A DNA stretch of 32,000 nucleotides, from positions 53,745 through 85,744 of the forward strand of contig JAPWTW010000001.1 of NCBI GenBank assembly GCA_028275885.1, given 5' to 3'. The stretch is from Candidatus Nanopusillus sp. (GTDB lineage Archaea > Nanobdellota > Nanobdellia > Nanobdellales > Nanobdellaceae). Positions 1 through 6,853 of this stretch are shown here, in pieces. Position numbers and translations under genes: made by a program. The notes under the pieces were generated by a model that saw only the letters and a program-made list of their open reading frames with translations, was not told where the DNA came from and searched no databases. Within the stretch, counting starts at the first letter, position 1; every line of letters begins with the position of its first letter.

Positions 1-309
1 CTATTTTATATTTATGTAGTTAAAAATATTGATGGAAAAAGTATTAAAAAATATATTGATGAAGCTGGATTGAGTGGGGGACAAATAAAGATATTAGACT
101 TAGCATTAAGACTTGCAATTGCTTCTATATTAAATCTAAATATTAATATATTATTGTTAGATGAACCTACAGAATCTTTAGATGAAAATATAAGATTATC
201 TTTAGCTCAATTAATATCAAGTTTGGATAATTATCAAGTAATATTATGTACCCATGATGATCTATTTAAAGATAATGTTGAAGGAAAAATAATAGAAATT
301 AAAAGGTAA
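1..309 (+). CDS. rad50: Rad50/SbcC/SMC-type ABC ATPase, C-terminal end (5' part outside window)
   Basis: Frame 1 is open from base 1 (..DEAGLSGGQIKILDLALRLAIAS..LLLDEPTESLDEN..VILCTHDD..). It shows the ABC signature LSGGQ, Walker B/D-loop LLLDEPTESLD and H-loop THD, in the order found at the C-terminus of Rad50-type ATPases. The track start at 70 is an internal TTG. Confidence 0.55.
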   Translation, partial: LFYIYVVKNIDGKSIKKYIDEAGLSGGQIKILDLALRLAIASILNLNINILLLDEPTESLDENIRLSLAQLISSLDNYQVILCTHDDLFKDNVEGKIIEIKR

Positions 310-602
310 TTATTGCATATCCCTGATCTACTAATTTATTCATTTCTTCATATGAAAATATTTTATCTTTATATATTAATTTTTCTTCTGGTATGTTAAA
401 TTTTACCATGCATTTTTCACATGCATAAATATTTATATTTAAATTTTTTATATCTCCTAAATGTTTAGATATGATTTCCTTCTAAAGTAAAACAAATTTT
501 TATATCTTCTGCTCCACTCATTTTTAATACTTTTGAAAATTCCAAGACCATTTCTACTGTATTTTTATCTTCTTTTGTTAATAATATTAAATACTTTGCC
601 AT
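299..602 (-). pseudogene. DsrE/YchN-like small protein interrupted by one frameshift (or a sequencing error)
   Basis: Not in the ORF track because each piece is short. The minus-strand ATG at 602..600 gives MAKYLILLTKEDKNTVEMVLEFSKVLKMSGAEDIKICFTLEGNHI, then TAA at 467..465. A one-base frame change within 465..481 continues as (KEII)SKHLGDIKNLNINIYACEKCMVKFNIPEEKLIYKDKIFSYEEMNKLVDQGYAIITF, with the stop at 301..299. The joined ~100 aa has DsrE-family layout, including the YACxxC..I motif near the C-terminal half. Confidence 0.45.
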
Positions 603-626
603 TAAAATATAACAATGTTATTATTT

Positions 627-646
627 ATAAATGTTTAAACATTTAT
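627..646. promoter_or_regulatory. Perfect 20-bp palindrome centred on TTTAAA in a divergent spacer (candidate bidirectional TATA element or operator)
   Basis: ATAAATGTTTAAACATTTAT equals its own reverse complement. Its centre lies ~25 nt upstream of the ATG at 661 and ~35 nt from the minus-strand ATG at 602. Confidence 0.3.
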
Positions 647-660
647 TCTAAATTATTGTA

Positions 661-1512
661 ATGATATATAAGGTTAGAACATATGTACCGGGATTTGATG
701 AGATATTATATGGAGGAATACCTGAAAGAAATGTAGTATTATTAAGTGGAGGACCTGGTACAGGAAAATCTATTTTAGGTAAACAATTTTTATATAATGG
801 ATTAAAGAATAATGAAAATGGGGTATTTGTTGCATTGGAAGAACATCCAGTAAGTGTTAGAAGGAGTTTTAAGAATTTTGGATGGGATATATCAAAATAT
901 GAGGAAGAAGGAAAAATAGGAATTATAGATGCATTTACTGGTGGAACTGGTACTGCAGCCCAAAGGGAAAGATATTTAGTAAGAGATTTAGATAATATAC
1001 ATGAACTATTAGATGTAGTAAGACAAGCAATAAAAGATACAAATGCTAAAAGGGTTGTTATAGATTCTATTTCTACATTATATTTAACAAAACCAGCAAT
1101 GGCAAGATCTATAGTAATGTCATTAAAAAGATTAATTGCAGGTTTAGGATGTACTGCAATATTTGTTTCACAGATTTCTGTTGGTGAGAGGGGATTTGGT
1201 GGACCTGGAGTTGAACATGCAGTAGATGGGATTGTAAAAATGGATCTAGACGAGATAGATGGAAAACTATATAGATCAATTATTGTATGGAAGATGAGGG
1301 ATACAAAACATAGTCTATTAAGACATCCAATGCAAATAGATGAAAATGGAATAAAAATTGAATGGAATAAATATATTAGAATAGGAATTAATAATGTAAA
1401 AATAGATAATATACCTCAGGAAATGATTGAAGAAATAAATAAAGCTATGCAAGAAGTTGAGAAATATCCCGAATATAAAAAGATTAATGTTCAGGAATTT
1501 GAAGAAGAATGA
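661..1512 (+). CDS. KaiC-like RecA-superfamily ATPase (single domain)
   Basis: The N-terminus [38 protein letters not shown] (Walker A) and [10 protein letters not shown] (Walker B-like strand) are typical of archaeal KaiC/RadA-paralogue ATPases. 283 aa. Confidence 0.75.
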   Translation: MIYKVRTYVPGFDEILYGGIPERNVVLLSGGPGTGKSILGKQFLYNGLKNNENGVFVALEEHPVSVRRSFKNFGWDISKYEEEGKIGIIDAFTGGTGTAAQRERYLVRDLDNIHELLDVVRQAIKDTNAKRVVIDSISTLYLTKPAMARSIVMSLKRLIAGLGCTAIFVSQISVGERGFGGPGVEHAVDGIVKMDLDEIDGKLYRSIIVWKMRDTKHSLLRHPMQIDENGIKIEWNKYIRIGINNVKIDNIPQEMIEEINKAMQEVEKYPEYKKINVQEFEEE

Positions 1513-2159
1513 TTAAAAAAGCTAAGTATACTTTTTTGATTTTCTCTTTTTATTTTTTTAATTGTCATCCAAGATTTTCTAATATAATCTTTTAATATTT
1601 CATAATTTTCTTTTATTGCCTTAATCGTTCTTTCATCAGATGGATATCCAGATCCAAAATCTATATTTGTTTTTTCCTTAATTTTATCAATTTCTCTATC
1701 TCTTATAACCTTTGCAATAATGGAAGCTGCAGATACTACTGGATAATTTTTGTCTGCCTTATTTTCTACAATTATTTCAATATCTATTTTTAAATTATTT
1801 TTTATATATTCAACTACTTTTTTTGTATTAACTATTGGAGAATCAATTATTACTTTATCTGGTTTTATTTCTTTAATTATCTTTATCATGTTTTCAAATT
1901 CTAAATAATTTAATTTATTTTTATATACATAATAATCTATTGTTTTTGGATCAATCATTATATATTTATATTTATCTGTTAGCTTTATTATTTCATTATA
2001 TATTTTTTCTCTTTGTTCTCTTGTTAATTTTTTAGAATCTTTAACACCTAAAGATTTTAATAACTCTATTTTTTCTTCTTCAATACAATAGCCGGCAATT
2101 ACCATTGGTCCAATTACAGGTCCTCTTCCGGCTTCATCAATTCCCAATATTAACTTCAT
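1491..2159 (-). CDS. rnhB: Ribonuclease HII
   Basis: N-terminal [18 protein letters not shown] and downstream [19 protein letters not shown] and GSGYPSD motifs. The ATGA start/stop overlaps upstream cbf5. Confidence 0.9.
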   Translation of the reverse strand: MKLILGIDEAGRGPVIGPMVIAGYCIEEEKIELLKSLGVKDSKKLTREQREKIYNEIIKLTDKYKYIMIDPKTIDYYVYKNKLNYLEFENMIKIIKEIKPDKVIIDSPIVNTKKVVEYIKNNLKIDIEIIVENKADKNYPVVSAASIIAKVIRDREIDKIKEKTNIDFGSGYPSDERTIKAIKENYEILKDYIRKSWMTIKKIKRENQKSILSFFNHSSSNS

Positions 2160-3199
2160 TTTGTACTAGATTTTTTCCATACTCTTGGATATAAACCTCT
2201 TTTCATAATAACCCTATCAATATCAACTGCGATACCTTTTTCTGAATTTAAAATTTTTTCAGAATCCATTAATGCAGTTCCATATGCAACTATTTCTCCT
2301 TTTAATGTAAATATTGTTACTAGATCACCTTCTTTTATATTTGAATATAGTTTTGATATTCCCTTTACTGTTAAGTTTGCTCCATGTGCAATTGCATCTA
2401 CTGCAGTATCTAATATCCAAATTTTCTTTGTATGTTCTGCTGCAACCTCTGGTGGTAAGAAAACTCTTCTTATATATTCTTCATTATTTTCATTTCTCCA
2501 AAACCATATAGAATCAACTATATCTTGTAAGGTAGCCAAAGGATATTTTTCAGAATCTTCTCTTAATTCTCCAACCCTAATTCTCCTTAATTGTTGCATG
2601 TGAGCTTTTGTTCCCAAAGTCTTTCCTATATCATCTATTAATTTTCTTATATATACTCCAGCCTCTGTTGCAATTTGTAATAACCAATCCCTACCATCAA
2701 CTTCTAATACTTTTATACAATAAACATTTTTTTCTCTAGGAACTTTTTTTACTGCAGATTTTAATGGAGGTTTTTGAACAATCTTTCCTTGAAATTTGTT
2801 TAATACTTCATATACTTTATTTTCATCAACATCGCTATGTATATGCATCCATGCTACATATTCTTTTCCAGCAGTTAACAATAATTTTAATACTTTTGTT
2901 CCTCTTCCAATTCCTATTGGTAATACTCCAGTTACTTTTGGATCTAATGTACCTGCATGTCCTGCTTTTTTATTTAAAATATTCTTTATCCATCCTGAGA
3001 CTTGGTGAGATGTGGGTCCCTTTGGTTTATCTAAATTAATAATTGAGAAATCTAATAATTCATTTATTGGCCTTTTCCATGGATCATAACCATATTTTTC
3101 ATTTGTTTCTTCTTCTTTTTTAATAAGGATCTCATATTTTTCATTTTCATATGGTAATTTACAATATTCTACCATAAAATTTTGATAATGAAAATTCAT
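2156..3199 (-). CDS. cbf5: H/ACA RNP pseudouridine synthase Cbf5 (TruB family with PUA domain)
   Basis: LDKPKGPTSHQV..AGHAGTLDPKVTGVLPIGIGRGTK contains the catalytic Asp motif. The C-terminal PUA-like segment is HGANLTVKGI..GDLV..GEIVAYG. Confidence 0.9.
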   Translation of the reverse strand: MNFHYQNFMVEYCKLPYENEKYEILIKKEEETNEKYGYDPWKRPINELLDFSIINLDKPKGPTSHQVSGWIKNILNKKAGHAGTLDPKVTGVLPIGIGRGTKVLKLLLTAGKEYVAWMHIHSDVDENKVYEVLNKFQGKIVQKPPLKSAVKKVPREKNVYCIKVLEVDGRDWLLQIATEAGVYIRKLIDDIGKTLGTKAHMQQLRRIRVGELREDSEKYPLATLQDIVDSIWFWRNENNEEYIRRVFLPPEVAAEHTKKIWILDTAVDAIAHGANLTVKGISKLYSNIKEGDLVTIFTLKGEIVAYGTALMDSEKILNSEKGIAVDIDRVIMKRGLYPRVWKKSSTK

Positions 3200-3300
3200 A
3201 TATGTGCAACTTTGAAATTTTAAGTATTTATTAATAAATTTTTCTACTATTATTAATAGGTTATTATAATATACAAGCTTATTGAAGAAATAAAAAAGAA

Positions 3301-3864
3301 CTATTGAGAAGGTTGATTAACTTCCTGTACAGTTGATTCTTTATTTTCTTCCTTATTTATATTTTGACCTAATAGTTTTTCTTTATTTATATTTGAATAA
3401 GGATTATAACCTATTTTATCTTCTTCATCAACTTTAACTAAATAACCTGGAGAAGCTATCACTTTATCGTCTATAACAATATGTCTATGTACAATTAATT
3501 GTCTTGCTTGTTTTATTGTTTTTGCTAAACCCTTTCTAAATACAATTGTTTGTAATCTTCTTTCCAATATTTCTCTTACTGTTATATTTAAAGCTTCACT
3601 TATATCAGAATTTTTATTTAATAATCCAAATTTAACTAATCTATTCTTTAATTTTTCTTCTTCTTTTGATACATCTACTCCAGCAGCTTTTTTGGCATTT
3701 AAATATCTAACATAAAATCTTATTTTTCTAGCAATTGTAGCAGCCTTCCATATTTCTTTTTTATTTTTTAATCCATATTGTTTTAATAATTGCCTTTCTT
3801 CTTCTATTCTATCCTTTTGCCATGGATGTCCTGGACTTTCCCAGGTTTTTCTATTTCTCCACAT
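3301..3864 (-). CDS. rps4: 30S ribosomal protein uS4
   Basis: ESPGHPWQKDRIEEERQLLKQYGLKNKKEIWKA and QARQLIVHRHI (S4 domain). It lies 1 nt downstream of uS13. Confidence 0.9.
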   Translation of the reverse strand: MWRNRKTWESPGHPWQKDRIEEERQLLKQYGLKNKKEIWKAATIARKIRFYVRYLNAKKAAGVDVSKEEEKLKNRLVKFGLLNKNSDISEALNITVREILERRLQTIVFRKGLAKTIKQARQLIVHRHIVIDDKVIASPGYLVKVDEEDKIGYNPYSNINKEKLLGQNINKEENKESTVQEVNQPSQ

Positions 3865-3865
3865 T

Positions 3866-4378
3866 TTACTCTTTGTTTTCAGATTTTTGTTGTGCCCTTA
3901 ATTCTTTACTTTTTATTACACCAATAGTAGAACCTTTTCTATGATGAGATCTTGTTTTTTGTCCTCTAACAGGTAATTTATACATATGTCTATTTCCCTT
4001 CCATGTTTTTAGTTCAATTTCTCTTTTTATATCCATCTTTATCTGAATTTCCCAATCAGGCCCTACCAAATGTTTATCCTGACCATCTCTAGGATCCTTT
4101 CTTCTATTTAACATCCATGATGGTATACCATAATTTTGTGGTCTTTTTAGGCAATCTTCTAATTTTTCTAATTCTTCATCTGTTAAAGACCCTAAAGCTT
4201 GCCATTTATTTATTTTTAATACATTACATATAGCATTGGCAAATCTCCAATTTACACCAGGTATCTTTCTTAATTCTACAATTATTGGTTTATGTCCATT
4301 TAATTCTATTCCTGCAATACGTATAACATCTCTTAATGTACTTCCTTCAGGTATTATTACTTTAAGTGCACCAGGCAT
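3866..4378 (-). CDS. rps13: 30S ribosomal protein uS13
   Basis: IRIAGIELNGHKPI..GVNWRFANAICN..KGNRHMYKLPVRGQKTRSHHRKG. I start it at the internal ATG (MPGALKV, 4378) because the 16-codon track extension is hydrophobic junk that overruns the divergent promoter. Confidence 0.85.
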   Translation of the reverse strand: MPGALKVIIPEGSTLRDVIRIAGIELNGHKPIIVELRKIPGVNWRFANAICNVLKINKWQALGSLTDEELEKLEDCLKRPQNYGIPSWMLNRRKDPRDGQDKHLVGPDWEIQIKMDIKREIELKTWKGNRHMYKLPVRGQKTRSHHRKGSTIGVIKSKELRAQQKSENKE

Positions 4379-4428
4379 TAAAATATTTAGATAAAAAATG
4401 TTTAAAAGTATATTATAAATATACATCT
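4379..4428. promoter_or_regulatory. 50-bp divergent spacer with a central AAAATGTTTAAAAG TATA-like element
   Basis: The TTTAAAA centre (~4404) lies ~25-26 nt from both the uS13 ATG (4378, minus) and the HerA ATG (4429, plus). That is the spacing expected for leaderless archaeal transcripts. Confidence 0.35.
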
Positions 4429-6066
4429 ATGAAAGTTGGTTATGTTATAAAAGAAGCAACATCTGAATATTTTTATTTTGTTGTTGATCCAAAGGAAAGG
4501 TATTCAGTAGGTATTGGGAGTATAGTTAAAGTAAAAATTGGTGATTTCTTTTATTTTGGAATAATTGAAGATTTAAAATCAGAAGCTATTGAAGAGGAAA
4601 GATTGTTTGATTATGAGGCAATAGAATTATTATATGGACAAATGAAAAAATTACAGTATTTAATAATTGGAAAAGCTATATTTATTGGAGTAATAAAAAA
4701 TGGAAAAATATTACAAGAAAAACCAAAAACACCACCAGTTCCTGGGGATGAAGTATTTTTACCAGAAGAGGAGGAAGTAAGTAAAATATATTCATTTGAA
4801 GAAAAGGAGTTATCAATACCTTTAGGAAAAATAAATTTACAAAATAAAGAATTTATTGTAGATTTAAATATAAAGAATTTAATTATAAGACATACTGGTA
4901 TATTTGGAATAACAGGTTCTGGAAAAAGTACAACAGTTGCTCATATAGTAAATGAATTATCAAAGAAAAATATACCAATATTGTTATTTGATATTCATAG
5001 AGATTATATATTATCATTTGAAAATTCTATAATAATAACATTTAGTAAAAGGGAAAAAGTATTTATTGAAAAATTAATAAGTGAAAGAAATAAGAAAAAT
5101 GTAATAGTATACAATGCAAAATTACCATTAAAATATATAAAAGATTATATGGAAAGTTTCTTAGGAATATCTGGAAAGCAGGCTCCTCATGTATATTCTT
5201 TATTATATAGAATTTTATCATTGGAAGAAGGAAAAGCACCGAAATTTATGGATAAATTATTAGAAATGGTAAATAAAAGAGATCCTCCTCAGGTATTTGA
5301 AAAATATAAAAATAGAGAAGATGTAATAAGGTCATTACAATCAAGATTATTAAGGATAAAGGATTGGATGTTATTTCCTAAAAATGTAGATGATATTGGT
5401 GAAAATGTGGATGACTTATTTAATAAATTGTTAGAAGATATCAGAAACTTTAGTATTTCAGATTATAATATAATTAAAGAAGAAAATGGGGAAGTATATT
5501 TAGAAGAATCTAACAAATTTATTCCAAGGGTAATTATATTTGATTTATATCCATTATCAATAGAAGAACAGAGAATATTAATAGATATATTATTAGAAAT
5601 TGTTTATGAAAAATATAAATCTTGGAAATTTAATAATAAAACAGATATTTTGGGAATTGTAATTGAAGAAGCACATAGATTTGCATCAAAAAATAGTGAA
5701 GTTTCTTCAAGAATATCTTTAATTGCAAGAGAGGGAAGAAAATTTGGTTTAGGATTAATTTTGGTATCTCAAGTACCTTCTAATATTATTGAAGATATTA
5801 CATCTCAATTAAATACATTTATTCTATTAAAAATAATTAATCCAAAAGATTTGGAATTCATAAGAAAAACATGTCCATACTTATCTAGAGAATATTTTGA
5901 AGCATTAACAAAATTAGAAACTGGTTCATGTTTAGCAGTTGGATTAGCATTAAAAAATCCTGCAATATTAAAGGTAATAAAATCTGTAGAAGTTGGTGGA
6001 GCAGAAGAAGATATAGATAATATAATAAGAGAGAGAATATTATATGGAAGTAAAGCTAATTCTTAA
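4429..6066 (+). CDS. herA: HerA-type (DUF87, FtsK/HerA superfamily) hexameric DNA helicase/translocase ATPase
   Basis: N-terminal barrel-like segment VGYVIKEATSEYFYFVV..GSIVKVKIGDFFYFGIIEDL, Walker A GIFGITGSGKSTTV, Walker B VIEEAHRFA, REGRKFGLGLILVSQ, and C-terminal GSCLAVGLALKNPAILKV. The start is moved to ATG 4429 (MKVGYV). Confidence 0.8.
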   Translation: MKVGYVIKEATSEYFYFVVDPKERYSVGIGSIVKVKIGDFFYFGIIEDLKSEAIEEERLFDYEAIELLYGQMKKLQYLIIGKAIFIGVIKNGKILQEKPKTPPVPGDEVFLPEEEEVSKIYSFEEKELSIPLGKINLQNKEFIVDLNIKNLIIRHTGIFGITGSGKSTTVAHIVNELSKKNIPILLFDIHRDYILSFENSIIITFSKREKVFIEKLISERNKKNVIVYNAKLPLKYIKDYMESFLGISGKQAPHVYSLLYRILSLEEGKAPKFMDKLLEMVNKRDPPQVFEKYKNREDVIRSLQSRLLRIKDWMLFPKNVDDIGENVDDLFNKLLEDIRNFSISDYNIIKEENGEVYLEESNKFIPRVIIFDLYPLSIEEQRILIDILLEIVYEKYKSWKFNNKTDILGIVIEEAHRFASKNSEVSSRISLIAREGRKFGLGLILVSQVPSNIIEDITSQLNTFILLKIINPKDLEFIRKTCPYLSREYFEALTKLETGSCLAVGLALKNPAILKVIKSVEVGGAEEDIDNIIRERILYGSKANS

Positions 6067-6352
6067 TGGAATAGGAAATAATTTTTTATTTTCTGAACAA
6101 GATATATATAAATTTTTTGATTATTTGATTGATAAATATAAATTAGTAATAAATAATAAAAAGATAATAATATCTGACAAGGAAAAATTTTCATCATTTT
6201 TATTTGATACAAATAAATTTACTATTGCATTAAATTATTGGGAGAGAATTGATTATTGTTTTATACATATTTCTTCAAATAATTTTGATCTATCAAATTT
6301 AGTTCATGATTTATTAGAATATTTAAAACCTAAATATTTTAAAATTGTATAA
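6044..6352 (+). CDS. Hypothetical 102-aa protein, overlaps the herA 3' end by 23 nt
   Basis: An ORF with ordinary coding-like composition on the same strand as herA, overlapping it. I recognise no motif. Confidence 0.4.
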   Translation: MEVKLILNGIGNNFLFSEQDIYKFFDYLIDKYKLVINNKKIIISDKEKFSSFLFDTNKFTIALNYWERIDYCFIHISSNNFDLSNLVHDLLEYLKPKYFKIV

Positions 6353-6371
6353 AGATCAAAATTATTTATAT

Positions 6372-6455
6372 GCCGCGGTGCCCGAGTGGTCCAAGGGGTA
6401 TGGCTTGAGACCATATCCCCGAAAGGGGGCGTGGGTTCAAATCCCACCCGCGGCG
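6372..6455 (+). tRNA. tRNA-Ser (anticodon UGA), class II with long variable arm, no encoded CCA
   Basis: Manual fold: acceptor GCCGCGG/CCGCGGC, anticodon stem TATGG/CCATA with loop CT-TGA-GA, variable arm CCCC-GAAA-GGGG, T arm GTGGG-TTCAAAT-CCCAC, discriminator G. Confidence 0.9.
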
Positions 6456-6484
6456 TTTATATAAATTTTCTAAAAATATAATTA

Positions 6485-6800
6485 ATGGAATTTAATGAAT
6501 ATTAAGAAAGAGCAAAAGAAACTGCAATGTATCCAGATAAATTGGATGGAGGATTTTATTATACTGCATTAGCATTGGCTGGAGAAGTTGAAGATTATTA
6601 AATAAAATAAAGAAAATTGTTAGGGATAATATTTAAACCGAGGGAAGAAATTATATCTGAACTTGTGGATATTTTATGGTATCCTTCAGAGACTATAAGA
6701 AACTTTAACATTTCTTTAGAAGAAGTTGCAGAATATAATTTGAAAAAATAGGAGTAGAAAAGAAAGGGAAACCTTACAAGGAAGTGGGGATAATAGATAG
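6485..6800 (+). pseudogene. MazG-like nucleotide pyrophosphohydrolase, decayed (3 in-frame TAA stops plus 1 frameshift)
   Basis: One frame reads MEFNEY*ERAKETAMYPDKLDGGFYYTALALAGEVEDY*IK*RKLLGIIFKPREEIISELVDILWYPSETIRNFNISLEEVAEYNLKK*, with stops at 6503, 6599, 6608 and 6749. The +1 frame after the A-run at 6743..6748 continues KNRSRKERETLQGSGDNR*, ending at 6800. LAGExxE, ELxDxLWY and the terminal GSGDNR are hallmarks of the small all-alpha MazG family. Confidence 0.6.
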
Positions 6801-6853
6801 AAATGAAGATTTTTTGTTATTATCCTTTTAAATAATAAAGAGGTTTTTATAGT

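Noticed and set aside
2314-3039. Plus-strand ORFs 2314..2511, 2764..3039 and 2796..3008
   Set aside because: They lie entirely inside cbf5 on the opposite strand. Their L/F/H/Y-rich low-complexity translations are typical antisense of K/E/N-rich coding sequence in A+T-rich DNA, and they show no motifs.
3939-4050. ATGATGA (C-box-like) on the plus strand inside the uS13 gene
   Set aside because: The nearest CTGA is ~100 nt away, which is inconsistent with ~50-60-nt archaeal C/D sRNAs. It is most likely chance within coding sequence.
6503-6608. In-frame TAA codons in the MazG-like frame as evidence of stop-codon reassignment
   Set aside because: TAA is used as the ordinary terminator by many well-supported neighbouring genes (for example the ATPase and pcn). 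The same locus also carries a frameshift. Pseudogenisation is the simpler reading.
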